This document shows, in pieces, positions 11,391 through 23,672 of a stretch of 64,000 nucleotides of DNA. A program made the position numbers and the translations under genes. Source of the DNA: Gracilinanus agilis (lineage: Eukaryota); NCBI RefSeq assembly GCF_016433145.1, contig NC_058130.1:206031143-206095142 (forward strand), written 5' to 3'. Below the pieces are notes generated by a model. It made no database searches, was not told the origin of the DNA, and saw only the letters and a program-made list of their open reading frames with translations. The first letter of the stretch is position 1; every line of letters begins with the position of its first letter.

Positions 11391-11665
11391 GTGTGGGCAG
11401 CCTCTGGCTGGGGGGCTTGGGAGCTCGCAGTTCTCTTGAACAAACAGTTGTTGTATAAGTTTCCATTGCATCCATCCACTACAGTAAGATGAGAAATATT
11501 TTTTTCCAATCATGGAACCTAAGGGAAAAGGATTGTTTTCAGGACAGTCAGGGCTTTTGGCTTCACCTTGTTACTGGGCTCTACATCATTATATGGGGGA
11601 GGAAGTGTTAATGCTAGAGAAGAGAATGTTCTAGAAACAGAGTTGATTTTAGGGATCCAATTCAG

Positions 11666-11849
11666 TTTTTTTTAAACCCTTAACTTATGTATATTGGCTC
11701 CTAGGTGGAAGAGTGGTAAGGGTGGGCAATGGGGGTCAAGTGACTTGCCCAGGGTCACACAGCTGGGAAGTGACTGAGGCCAGATTTGAACCTAGAACCT
11801 CCCGGTCTCTAGGCCTGACTCTCAATCCACTGAGCTACCCAGCTGCCCC
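11666..11849 (-). mobile_element. Young SINE1_Mdo-type SINE with 14 bp TSD
   Basis: Full-length tRNA-derived SINE; TSD TCCAATTCAGTTTT at 11656-11669 and 11850-11863. Confidence 0.95.
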
Positions 11850-12389
11850 TCCAATTCAGTTTTAATAGTGTTATAGACCATGTGCACCTCCATGTACACT
11901 GAGTATTTTGTTTGTCTCATCCAGTTGTGAATATCACCAGATACTTCCCTCCAGCAAGAGATGAATAAGCATCTGGCCCATTTTTTGATGAACTCCAAGA
12001 AAGGTGGACTAGTATGTATAGATGCCCGTGTCTACGAAAAGAGAGGCATTCTGACTGAATTAAGAGCTGACTGCCCAGGGCCTGCCTTTAGCTGCTTCTG
12101 AGGGTCCTTGATCAGCTCCTGAGTTCATTCATGATGACCAAAGATCTCATGGGGATAGAGGATTCTATAATGTTTTTCAGAACCAGAAGGGGAAACCTGA
12201 GTCTCTGGGATTAATTAGGTCTGTTTCTTCCTGAAAGCAAAGTTATAAATAGGATATGAACTAGAGATTCTAACCAAAAAAGAGAAAGAAAATTTTACTT
12301 CATTGCTATAGTTATGATGGAGAGCATGAGGTAAGAATCTGTAGAGGGAGAAAAAGAAGGAATATTGGCATTGAAGGAAATTATATGAT

Positions 12390-13620
12390 CACCAGAAGAA
12401 GTATTTAAGGAGTTCAGAGGGAAAAAAAATCACATACTTGACTTGGATTTAAAGGAAGGGTAGTTGAAACTATCTGTAATATATTCTGGAACACTCCTTG
12501 TGCTAAAAGCAGAGTTGATGATACAATCATGGCTTAACTGAACGATAAGTTTACCCATATTGAGGAAGTAATGATAGGAACTACTACTTGGGGCCTCATT
12601 CTGATCAATAAAGAGGTACGTGATAGTTATTGAAGTAAAAATGATAAGAACCCTGGGAGCAACTCAGTCATGGCTTCTGAGAAAAGAGGAGAATGTTGGG
12701 CATAATCTGCCATGTGTCTTGGATTGGGGGAGAATAGATTTCAGAGGGTCTAGAGGAGGGGAGAAATGTCACACTGGGTATCTGGATACCAAAGAACCAA
12801 CCTCACAAATACAGGATGGGGAAAAAGCTAGATGACAAACATTTCCTATCAGAACAATCTGAGATTATTTTTAGTGAACTGACAGTTCAATATGAATTTA
12901 ACAGTGTGGCATGACAGTGTATAAGGCTAATGGTATCCTCTGCTGCTTTGAGAGTCTGCAGAAGGCGGCCACGTGGAGAAAAGAGCCGTGTTCAGTTCTG
13001 GTATCACATTTCAATAACTTGATGGTCAACCTGAAGTCTACACAGAAAAGGGCAACAAGGAAACCAACAGGCCTACAAAGCCATGTCATGTAAAAGAGAG
13101 GTTGAAGGAACTGGGGATACTTAGCCTGAAGGAGAGTTGAAGCGGCTTGAGAGCACTCTTAAATATTTGAAGGGTTGTGATGTGTTAGAAGGATTAAAGG
13201 TTGGGATTAAGATGGCCTCCGAGGAGAGACTGAGGAAGAGTTGGTAGAAACTGTAGAGTAAATGGTGTCAAACTCTTCAACCAGAATGAGATTAAAATAT
13301 GATTGAAAAAGTTTAACAAAATAAATACAACATAGATAATGTTAATTTGTGGGTTTTTAAGTCCATATGTGGTCTTCAGGGATTCATTTTTTTTTTTTTT
13401 TGAGTTTGACACTATTGCTGGAGAAAAACAGACTTTGGATTAATGGAAGGAAATTCCCTTACAGTTATGGCAGATTGAAAATGGAATGGAAAGCTTGGAA
13501 GTAGCAATGCATTCACACTCAAGTTCTTTAAGCAAAGACCAAATGACCACTTAGCAGATTTATAGAGGAGATTCTTTGCAAAGTGCCAGTGGACTAAGGT
13601 GGCCAATGAACTCCCTTCCA
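12390..13620 (+). mobile_element. L3/CR1 LINE fragments (degenerate ORF2)
   Basis: LILINKE...VIEVKMIRTLG...LDWGRIDF resembles the CR1 endonuclease region; gttcagttctgg...acacagaaaagggcaacaagg...gaggttgaaggaactgggg resembles the CR1 3' ORF2. Confidence 0.75.
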
Positions 13621-14125
13621 ATTCTGAGATTCTAGAAAAGTTGAAACAAAGATCTAAATAGCAAAATTTAACTATGTCAGCTGTTTATTAAAGAGCTGGA
13701 AACCCTGAGATAAAATAAAGGATAAAATAGAATAATATAAAATAAAAGTTAAAAAGATAAAGGAAGGGGGCTGTCTCTATGATTGTAATACCCAAGAAAG
13801 TAGTGAACAGGGCAACTTGTGTGGACTGAACATCACAAAGGTAATCCCCAAATTGGATTGAATTTTAATTTAAGTAAGTTAAATTAAAATTTTAAATTAA
13901 AATGGGCCTTCAAGGCTCTTCCCTTCTCCAAGACAAAGCAACTCAGAAAACTTAACTTCCATAATAGTTCAATTCCCGAAGCAAAATATATGCCCTAAAG
14001 CCCATGAGTACCTTATGCTTGTGTATAGCCAGCATCAAGTTTCTAATGAGAGCATATCCACTAAAAGAGACTGTAAGGCTAAATATATGGAGGGAACAAG
14101 GTAGTAGTGGGGCATCCTTCTAGGA

Positions 14126-14309
14126 CAGGGGTCAGCAACGTATGGCTCTCGAGCCAGATATGGCTCTTTCTGCAGGAGCCATAAAGTCAATTTTTTTTCA
14201 GGCGCTGTTACAGGAGCGGCACTGTGAGCACTGTATGGCTCTCACGAAATTACATTTTAAAAAATGTGGCGTTTATGGCTCTCACGGCCAAAAAGGTTGC
14301 TGACCCCTG
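14126..14309. mobile_element. hAT-Charlie MITE (OposCharlie-like), 184 bp
   Basis: Perfect 14 bp TIRs CAGGGGTCAGCAAC / GTTGCTGACCCCTG; 8 bp TSD TTCTAGGA/GTCTAGGA (Charlie-type TCTAG target). Confidence 0.93.
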
Positions 14310-14624
14310 GTCTAGGAGATCTGAGATATAATCTGCAACTTGTTATGTTAATGGAGATAACTGATTTAAAATTTAATAGTTTCATATCTTTTCTTTGATG
14401 TCTCTAGAGAAGGTGTTGAGGATCAGAGAAGTGCCCAGAAGGAGGGAGAAATGGGGAGCCTGGAGAACTATCCTACGCTTACTGTACTTTTTTGTTTTTT
14501 GGGTAGATAATTGACTAATGGCCCTTAGGATCTGTTATATGTTTGCATATAGATTTTTCTTACTTTGATGTTCAGATGTGCTGTTGCTTTTTTCATTTCA
14601 AGGCATCTTTTCTTGGTTATACAG

Positions 14625-14764
14625 GAGATTCTTCCACCCCCTTTGAATATCCTACCCCAGCTTCTTCCAGCCGCAGTTCCGCCACCGATGACTTCTGTTA
14701 TGCCTTTGTTGTGGAGTTGGAAAAAGGACCCATTGGGCTGGGGATGGGCCTTATAGATGGGCTG
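14625..14764 (+). CDS. RADIL: RADIL coding exon (start of PDZ domain)
   Basis: ttatacag|GA...CTG|gtgagt; SSRSSATDDFCYAFVVELEKGPIGLGMGLIDGL; 140 nt, phase 1 to 0. Confidence 0.96.
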
Positions 14765-15831
14765 GTGAGTGAATTAGAGGCACTTAGTCCCAGCAACTGC
14801 CTTCTGGCTTGTGTACCATCTGAAAGCTATATCTGATGGAGCTTTTTAGATGTGTTTCCTTCATTTCTAGACAATTCCCAAGGCTTCTTGTTTAAAGTCT
14901 TGGGGGGATTCATAGCTATATAGTTCTTTAAAAATATTTATTGGAAGTATTTGTGACACAGGAAATAATGTCATTATTGCTATTTAATAGTCATGCTTTT
15001 ATATTAAAAATGAATTTAATCTGGAGGGGGAGGCACTCAGGAAATGATTGGCTAGATGTGATTGATTAGTGCCTGTGTCTGTAGAAGGAAAATGGCAAAA
15101 TCAAGAGTTTTACTCAAACTCCCACTTAAAATTATTAAAGTTGTTGTCAGTGAAGATGAATATTATTTCTGTGGAAGAGAGCTTGTCATAAAAGATTCTT
15201 TGCTCAGTGTTCCCTTTAGCCTGGTGGAGGATGGCTAGGAAAACGAGATTACGTACCAAGAATTTTAAAAACCTTATCAGCAAATCTTCTGTTCCGATTA
15301 AACCAAACCTTCAGTTACCCATGTTAAATAGGATACTTGAAAATTCCAGAATGTCTCTTTGTTCTCCTTCTTAAAGCTTGGAGCCCTTTGTTGGCTCAGA
15401 TGTGTGCTTTCAGTCTGCATATGGAACCCTCTGAGAAAGCTGCCTTCTGGGTTGGAGATTAGCAGCCGAGACATGAGCCTGGTTCACCCACTCGGGCGGG
15501 ACTTGCTTCCCATCTTACTGGCTTCCAGGCAGCTCCTTGTCCACTGTGCCACAAGGCTTCCCACCCTTGACTAGAGATGATTCTGGAGAATGAGGCGTGT
15601 TACACTGCCTTAATCATTCCTTTGTGCATACAGTAGGACGGAGCGGGGAGAAACAGAGCCCGGCCTACGTGAGAACATGCCTGTGCTAGGTGGTCACGGC
15701 AGGTCGGTGCCCCAGCAGGGAGAAGATGGCAGGGCAGGCTGAGACCACTCTTCCTTAGGGAGGTTGCAGGGTCAGCCAAGGTGGCCTCTCTGCTGCCCTC
15801 CAGTGGTGTTCTGAATTCCTTTCTTTTCCAG

Positions 15832-15971
15832 CACACGCCTCTGAATTCTCCCGGCATCTACATCCGCACCTTGATCCAGGACAGCCCAGCAGCTTCTGAT
15901 GGCAGACTTTCCTTAGGAGACCGCATTCTTGCAGTGAACGGCACCAGTCTGATTGGCACAGATTATCAGAG
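15832..15971 (+). CDS. RADIL: RADIL coding exon (PDZ domain)
   Basis: ttttccag|CAC...CAGAG|gtagaa; HTPLNSPGIYIRTLIQDSPAASDGRLSLGDRILAVNG; 140 nt, phase 0 to 2. Confidence 0.96.
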
Positions 15972-16134
15972 GTAGAAACTGAATTTCTTTTATGGGCTTC
16001 TACCTTCGGAGCAGGTACATTATACAGTACCTCTTCAGAACAACTCTTTTGTCAGCACAAAGATGGGGAAACAAGTAAAACAGTGCATTTTGAATGAAAA
16101 GCAAGCACTGAGCTAGCTCTTAGGATGCTAGCAG

Positions 16135-16288
16135 AATTAGCTTGCCCTTTGTCTTAGAAACAATACAGTAAGATAATGGGGGTTAAGTGACTTGCGCAGT
16201 GTCACACAGCTAGGAAGTGGCTGAGGCCAGACTTGAAATTGGGATCTCTTGTCTGTAGGCCTGACCTTCTGAGCCATCCAGCTTCCTC
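16135..16288 (-). mobile_element. SINE1_Mdo-related SINE (older, diverged)
   Basis: aagtgacttgcgcagtgtcacacagctaggaag...gaggccagacttgaa pattern. Confidence 0.8.
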
Positions 16289-16364
16289 TAGGATTAGCCT
16301 TTTTTAAGCCAAGAGAACAACAAGCAGGCCTGAAAATGCAAGGCAAGATGGTTCTGATCAATAA

Positions 16365-17345
16365 AGCTCAGTCAATAAACATTAAGTGCTAACCATGTGC
16401 TAGTCACTGTGCTAAAGCACTGGGCATATGAGGAATGGATGGCCCAGTGGGGGAGGATACCATATAAGGAACTAGATATTTAGACAATTATATGCCAAGT
16501 GTGATGAAAGGCAAACCAAGAGGATGAAAATAAAAAGCTGAGGGACCCAGAAAGGCCATTTGCAGAAGGTGGGATTGGCACAAAATATTGAAGAGAGCCC
16601 AGGGAAACCAAAGGCATGAGGAGAGGCTAGAGAGCAGTGAAAAGGTGAGGAAACAGGAGAGATCACAGAGTGCATGGAGGGGAGTAGAGTGTAGGAAAAA
16701 AAAAACTGGGAAACAAGAAAGGAGCTAGTTATGAAGAGCTTTAAATGGCAAACAGGAGTTTATAGTTGATCCTACAGGTGATGGGAGGTTATTGTAGCTC
16801 GCTGAACACATGCTTTATAATGATAATCATCTTGACAGCTAAATAGAAGATGATTGAGCGGGGAGAGACTTTAGGCAGAGAGACCGCTCAGAAGACCACC
16901 CCAAAAGATAAGGCAAGTGGTAAGAAGGCTTAAATTTGGACAGATGCTGTGTAATTAAGTAGGAAACATATATGAGACTTTGTAAAGGTAGAAGTAACAT
17001 GTGGTGATGGGATATGGACACGTGGGGTGAAGATGAGCCAAAGCTGCCCCTTGGAGGTGATATGCCTGGGCAGCTGGAAAGATAATAGTGCCCTAAACAG
17101 TAATAGGATCACTTTGAAGAGGGGAGGATTTGCGTGAAAAGGTGATTTCCATTTGGAAAGGCTGAGTTTGAGTTGCCTTTGGGAAATCCAATTCAAGATG
17201 TCCAAAATATAGTTGGTGAGATAGAACTAATTCAGAAGACACGCTGGCCCCGCATATATAGAGGTCTAAGTATAACTGCCTAGAGATGGTCATTGAATCT
17301 GTGGGAACTCGGGAGATCATGGAGTAGATTGTATAGAGAAGGAAC
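16365..17345 (-). mobile_element. L2 LINE 3' fragment
   Basis: Reverse-complement L2 tail (aataaacattaagtgctaaccatgtgctag...actgtgctaa), then L2 3' ORF2-like sequence. Confidence 0.8.
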
Positions 17346-17389
17346 TAAGGAAAACTTAATTAGGATAAATATTAAATCCTGCTCTTGGG

Positions 17390-18000
17390 CTTAGAAAATC
17401 AACTGCACAAATACATTATGGAGATGTCTACCTGAAAGTTAAGATGGGGAAAGTCTTTGGTTTTTAGTGGACTAGGAAACAACAGAGGGGGATGGCAGCC
17501 CAAAAAAGCCAACACTGCTAAGCTGTTTTAGGTGAGGAATAGGTAGGGTGAAATTCTTGCTGTCCTCTTCCCCTCCGCACGCTGTATCTGGAAACACTTG
17601 TTCAGTTCTGAGGGTCACGTCTTAGGAGAAACATCAATAAACTGGGAATCCATTCAGAAGAAGGTAATGGCCTGGAAACTAGGCCGCATGAGAATTGGTT
17701 AAGGAAGCTAGAGCTGTTTAGCTAAAAGACTTAAGGGCAATAGGACAGCTTTTTGTATCTGGAAAAAAGAATGTTGCTTTGTTTTTGTCTCTAGGAGTAG
17801 AAGTAGGGGAAAGCTGGGAGGGGCAGAATTCAGCTTAAAAGGAATATTTCCTAATAACTAGCTATCCTAAACCGTGGGTCTGGCTTGCTTTGGTAAGTAG
17901 TACACTTCCTCACTGGAGGTCTTCAAACAGAGGGAGGATTCTTAATTCAGGTGTGGCTGGACTGGGTGATGCATGGGGTACCTTATAACCCTGAGCTTGA
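17390..18000 (+). mobile_element. L3/CR1 3' fragment
   Basis: aaaaaagccaacactg...cttgttcagttctgaggg...attcagaagaagg...gagctgtttagct, typical of the CR1 3' end. Confidence 0.75.
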
Positions 18001-18311
18001 GGCAGGGGAGCCCTCTACCAGTTTGATGATCCACCAAACTCTGGACTGCTTCTTTGATGGAGTTTGCATTTGCCTTCCATTGTTCTTGTGTTGATACCCA
18101 TTTCCTTTGTTTATCAAAACTTTTTAAAAAGACCTATGCCCATTTTTCATGGTTCTTCCTGCTCTCTCCCCTCAGCTAGACATGTTTATAGTTTATGTAG
18201 ATATTATTGACTCTCATTTACATAGCACTTATTATCCTATATTTTGTTAGGGTAAATCTCCTATTTCCCTTATATTGAGAACTAAAAGGACAGCAGCCAT
18301 TAAAAAACAAA

Positions 18312-18765
18312 ACAAAACAAAAAACCTTTACCTTCTGTCTTAGAATTGATACTAAGTATAAAGGCTAGGCAATTGGGATTAGTGACTTGCTCAGGGTCAC
18401 ACAACAAAGCAAGGTAGTGTCTGAAACCAGATTTAAACCCATATCCTTGGAAATCCAGGCCGGGGGCTCTATATACTGAACCACCTAGCTGCCCTGACAA
18501 TCATATTTCATACCTTTTGTATCTCCCAAAGGGAATGCAATACAAAAATGTATTTCCTTACATATATTTAATTAAACCCTTACCTTCTGTCTTAGAATCA
18601 ATACTGTGTATTTCTTCCAAGGCAGAAAATGTTAAGAGCTAGGCAATGAGAGTTAAGTGACTTGCCCAGGGTCACACAGCTAGGAAGTGCCTGAGGCTGA
18701 ATTTGATCCCAGAACCTCCCATCCCTAGGCCTGGCTTTCTGTCCAGCGAGTCACCAAGCTGCCCC
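18312..18765 (-). mobile_element. Two tandem SINE1_Mdo-related SINEs (about 18312-18495 and 18572-18765)
   Basis: Both show aaacc(c/t)ttaccttctgtcttagaat...gtgacttgc...agctgccc. Confidence 0.85.
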
Positions 18766-19012
18766 GTTTCCTTAAATATTAAGTAAAAAATGGAAAGGAA
18801 AAAACTTGCTTAAAAAGCAAGGACTAATAATAATCTTTTAAGGATGATAAGACGTATACAGAAAGTATGCATATAGCTTGGCAAGAATGTTCTTAGTGAC
18901 AAAAGCTTTACAAATCCCCCCCTTCATTGATTTTCCAGGCAGCTATGCATATCCCTCATTTTACCCATCACCTCATTTATAGCCTAATAGATACTCTGCT
19001 GTTCTTTTTCAG

Positions 19013-19118
19013 TGCTGTGGACTTGATCCGATCTGGGGGAAAGAAGCTACGGTTTCTGGTTGCCAAATCAGACATAGAAATCACTAAGAAAATCAGCTCA
19101 AGCGCCTCTCCTTCCTAG
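19013..19118 (+). CDS. RADIL: RADIL last coding exon (PDZ end, stop TAG)
   Basis: ttttttcag|T GCT GTG; AVDLIRSGGKKLRFLVAKSDIEITKKISSSASPS*; phase 2 fits the previous exon. Confidence 0.96.
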
Positions 19119-20345
19119 GGTTTTGTTGCCAGGCCTGCTCTACATATCAGACTGTATTGAAAGCTTTGTCGGGCTGCGCTGGCTAACGGCCTTCCTAGAA
19201 GGTGGAAATCCAGCAGGTCACGACACTTCTGGCATCTTCTGTCTGCTTCTCCTGCTGCAGTGTTTGCTCTGTTTGTTACATTCTGTGCTTCATGCAAAAG
19301 TTAAGAGTATAAAAAAGAACAGTAGGGATGGGGGTGGGAGGGGGCGCGTGAGACATCAGATGTGACTCATCTCTCAGAATTGTGGCATGATCAACTATTC
19401 CCTTTCCTGCCTCCCTCCAAAATGCAGGACAGGAGGTGTTTCTAGGTGTCCCTCCTGAAGTTACTTACTGTTTTATGTGAATTTTGTATAGGCAACAAAG
19501 CCCCTGGGGGCAGCTTTCTGTTCCTGTTCTGTATATAGTACATACATGTGACAGTACCAAACTGGATAGTCTGCCAGACGATCTTCCACGTCCCTAAACT
19601 TTAGAACTGTGTTACTGTACAGCCGGTCCCCGAGAGCTTAAGGCCTAAGAAAAGGAAGAAAAGACTTGGCCAGAGTGGTTTATACACGCTTGGTTTTTTT
19701 TTTCATCTTGGCATTTTTGACTGCCAGCCAAAGATTTAGGCAGTAGTAAGTATGCTACCTACTAAAGGAAAGTACCAGCCTCCGGGAGAGCGACAGTCCT
19801 GTGTTACAGTTTGGCTGGAAGCTTTCTATTAAATTGATCGTGTTATATCTCTTCTTAATTCAACAAACTGCAGAATTTATTAAACATATTCAATGTTAGA
19901 CATTATGCCACGCCTCCTACTGCCCATTTGCTCCAAAGGAAAAATAAGCGTGTGAGTAAAGATTAACTTGGCCAATTTATGGTAAGGGTTCCCAACAGAT
20001 TTCTTCCTACATCTCTGGTAACAAGCTGGATGCTTAAGCTGCTTTGTGCCAAACCAGATGAGCCCTTGAACATACTGGGTTTAGTATCAGAAACCCTCCC
20101 TGTGCATTTTTCTTGTTGGGCTGTCCTTTAGGTGTTACCCTAAGTGCCTTCTTGAGACAGTGGGTAGTGCCAAATTCAGCCTGACCCCAAACAAACATCC
20201 CCCTTTTAGGAATCCATTCATACTTTTTTGAGGACTGAGAGGCCAGGGTTCTGCTTCTCTAGAACTTTTTAGCCAAAAGTCAAGTGGCTTAGAGGACCAA
20301 AGTGAGCCAATTTGGCTTGTGAATAAAAGAATGTAAAGGAGAACC
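19119..20345 (+). other. RADIL: RADIL 3' UTR (end uncertain)
   Basis: Follows the stop. Candidate poly(A) signals: ATTAAA 19828-19833, ATTAAA 19879-19884, AATAAA 20322-20327. Confidence 0.55.
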
Positions 20346-20559
20346 ATGGAGAATGGCTCTTTGGGCAAGAGAGACAAACTAATCCAGGGTTTCCAAAAGC
20401 TTCTCAGTGCCAGGCTGCACCCTGAGGATTGTTATTCTACTGTGGGCTAACAAAGAGGCCTTTAGCTTGACAGGCAGATCAACCTATAATTACAGCAAAT
20501 GCAGAAACCTCTATTACCTCTTTTCCTTTATTCAGAGATGCTTCATCGACACACTAAGC

Positions 20560-21381
20560 CCTCCAAAAGGGATTATCTTTTTGTTTATTGAAATCATATG
20601 TGTCAGTATTGTAAATAGGAATGACGGTGGTGTGGAGGGTGTGTGTGTAGATGAGAAATCCTGTTTTTGATTGTCGCCACCAGCAAAAAACTTATTTCTT
20701 CATTCTTGTTAATATTGTACATCTCTCTGTATTTATGACAAGTAACAATACTAAATGGTGCAAATTTGTCTAAGAATTTAATGTTTAAACATTTAAGTGG
20801 AAAAAATGGACATAATAAAATACCTACTATTTAATATGCTTAGAAAGTAATTGCAAAGAAATCAGATTTTTACTCGGAGAACAAAAAGTAAACTTGTGCC
20901 AGAACCAAGAGACAACATCAGGCTTCTCTACACTGGCACCAGCTGGAATAGACTTAGCTTACACAACCCTGAGTACACGGTTCCTGTTGTCTTGCTATGT
21001 GTTTCCCTAGACAAGTAAGCAAATCCTACCTCCAACCCCAGTGTGAGTTATGGCGCCATTCTGATCACCAGGCCTAGGACGGAGACCACAAAACTGGGGT
21101 CTCTTATAATAGCACAACTCACGAGTGTAGTCACAATAGGAAAAGACATATAAGTAAAATACTTAAAAGGATTTCAAAAGTAAAATAAAGCCAGATGAAT
21201 TGGAATGGCTCAAGAGGGAAGAGCCATAATATGTACCTCCTCACAATCACATTTCTGTCCTATGTCTTCCAGTTGGATTTACCTCATCATTAATGCTCAG
21301 GAGCTTCACTTAATACAAGCCTAACCCATGGAAGCACTCTAAATTCGAGTCCCCCAGCATGTGCTGGATCACGTCAGCACC
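20560..21381 (-). other. AP5Z1: AP5Z1 3' UTR (end uncertain)
   Basis: Follows TGA at 21382-21384. First AATAAA on - at 20584-20589; ATTAAA variants at 20777-20782 and 20830-20835. Confidence 0.55.
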
Positions 21382-21652
21382 TCACCCCGAGAGGAGGCCA
21401 GCCTCTTTCTCAACTAGCCGGCTGACCATCCTCAGGGCCAGAGGCAAGGATGTGTTAGTGTCAAGATGATACCGTGGGTTAGACACTTCTACAGATGGTG
21501 TCAGGACAAACTGAGCCACACTTGGCATTTTCAATAAGTTCATCAACTCGGTGGCCCTGGTCAGGATAGTCTCTGTGTCCTCCTCACTATATGTAGAGGT
21601 CATGGCAGGACTCTGAGCAAAAGATCTCATCTTGGACAGGAATAAGGAAACC
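21382..21652 (-). CDS. AP5Z1: AP5Z1 exon 17 (AP-5 complex subunit zeta-1, C-terminus)
   Basis: ttcttag|G GTT; VSLFLSKMR...LLKMPSVAQFVLTPS...SRLVEKEAGLLSG*; 271 nt. Confidence 0.97.
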
Positions 21653-21719
21653 CTAAGAAAAACACATAGAAATGACATAGTATTAGAATTGAAAAGGGCT
21701 TCAGAAGTCAACAAAGTAC

Positions 21720-21830
21720 AAGTACCTTCTCATTTCACAGGAGAAAATTCAAGCCAAGAAAGACTGTGCCTGAAATCACACAGTGAATTAGTGAGGGGGT
21801 CTGGGTTGGACCCCTGCTCTCCTTATTTCT
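21720..21830 (-). mobile_element. MIR fragment
   Basis: catttcacaggagaaaattcaagcc...gactgtgcctgaaatcacacagtgaattagtg. Confidence 0.6.
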
Positions 21831-22072
21831 AAGCCTGTGTTCTGGTGTCCAATCAGGAGGAGAAACACCTATGGCAACACCAACTTACAAAAGCATAGAT
21901 TTTACTTTGAGAAACAGAGCCCAAACTAAGTTACTCATTCGACTAGAGGTCATTGAGACAGAGGGCACATATCAAAGACAATTTTAGTAAAGGAACAGTT
22001 AACTTGCAGCAAAATAACTACAAACCATTTCCCACAAAACCTTTTTCTTTTTCCCACTTCCCAATAATATAC

Positions 22073-22287
22073 CTAGGAATCAGATCTTGGCTCCGAGAGG
22101 CTAGTTTGGTCAGAGTGGTCATAAGAACTGTGATTACTCGTGGGCAGCATTTGGGAAGTGTGGCAGAGGGACGAAACTGGGTAATTTCAAACAGCAAGGC
22201 TTCCAGGGTTTCAAAGAATTTGTTGATCAGTTCCACAGTGCACCGCCTATCATAGAGCACAGACAGGTATTCTCCAACTGCCCAGAC
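22073..22287 (-). CDS. AP5Z1: AP5Z1 exon 16
   Basis: aaag|GTC...CCTAG|gtatat; [19 protein letters not shown]...[12 protein letters not shown]; 215 nt. Confidence 0.97.
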
Positions 22288-22440
22288 CTTTAAACAAATG
22301 CAGAAAGCGATTAGGAGGAACCTTGATTCACCCATCCGGATGGGCTATATATATTTTCTCAAAACAAAACACCACCCAATGCTGTCTGGCAAATAAGTGA
22401 CACGGCAGATGGGTAGGCTGCAGCTAAGCATGTTCCTTAC

Positions 22441-22573
22441 CACATGGGTGAATATGCTCTCTTTGCTGTGGATATTGCGGATGGTTCCTGTGAACTCCAG
22501 TAGTTCCTTAGACAGTTCAACCACAAGAGAAGGGTGTAGCTTACACAGGACCAGAAGCTGGGAACTCATTACT
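22441..22573 (-). CDS. AP5Z1: AP5Z1 exon 15
   Basis: ctggcag|A GTA ATG...GTG|gtaagg; [27 protein letters not shown]; 133 nt. Confidence 0.96.
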
Positions 22574-23014
22574 CTGCCAGGAAAGAGGTGGTCAAATAAT
22601 CAATTGACATTTATTGTGATTTAACATTATGCTCCATAAAATAGGCTCGAGGCAAGGAACATTTGCCATGGAGCAGTATGTAATTTTATATAATGTAATA
22701 TAACCACCTGTGATTTTTTTTTCCCCCTACTATCTTCTGTAGTGCCTCACTCCAAGACTAAAGCAAATATGCCTAGTTTCATATAATGAATTAAAAAAAA
22801 AATAGGGAAGGCAATACTCAATTTCAAAGCAAGTTCTATGGCTGTGGATCCCCACCCCCAGTTTAATCCTTGAATATGTGTAGATGCGAAGATAGGACAA
22901 ACAAGGGAACTGTCCAGATTTGTAGCTTTGGGAAAGGCAAGATGGGAATGAGGGAGACCACTCAAAATTCTGGGAAGACTGTGATTCAGAATCCAGAGCC
23001 TCATTACAAACTAG

Positions 23015-23200
23015 ATCATTAAGACCTTAGGTGGCACAATGGGTAGAAAGCCAGGCCTTGAGTTGGGACAACCCAGGTTCAAATATGGCCCCAGACATTT
23101 CCTGGCTGTGTAACCTTAGGCAAGTCACTTAACCCCAATTGCCTCATGCCATGCTGCTTTTCTATCTTCTTATTCATAGAATATATGGTTAAAAAAAAAA
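23015..23200 (+). mobile_element. SINE1_Mdo-related SINE
   Basis: taggtggcacaatggg...ggttcaaatatggcc...ggcaagtcacttaaccccaattgcct, A-rich tail. Confidence 0.8.
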
Positions 23201-23672
23201 AAAGACCTCTGGGGTATTTTGCACATTTATTCTCTAATAGCCTGTTAACAGGCTGGGTCTGTCTTGGAAAGTTTTTAAATCTTCACTTTAGTCATCCCAG
23301 GTGCATATTAACACAAAGAACTGACACAACCTTTTCTCCTGGGCACCAATCTACAGCTGAAATGAAAACATTGAGTTGTTTCCATAGCAACAAGAGAATA
23401 GTATTTACTTATCCAGTAATGGTAATATGTGATGACATCCATCTTGGCTTTCTATATCAAACCATTAAGGACATGAACTGCAGTTTATGAAAAATTAACA
23501 GATTTGCCTTTCTACTGCAGTGTCCTGATAACAGACAACATGAAGACAAAGGCAAGGAGATAAGAATGAGCATTGGTATATATGAAAAGGACACTAAGAC
23601 CAACTAAGAGAAATTGGGTTTTGCTAGAGAGTAATAAGATTTAAAATTAGAGAAGGTTCTAACTGCCAATAT

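Noticed and set aside
14603-15831. Extra AGs upstream of RADIL acceptors (14601-14602 and 15802-15803)
   Set aside because: Both would frameshift (22 and 28 nt) and have shorter pyrimidine tracts than the case at 10941; no further support.
19123-19365. 80 aa ORF just after the RADIL stop
   Set aside because: Starts at TTG, out of frame with RADIL, no homology recognised; treated as 3' UTR.
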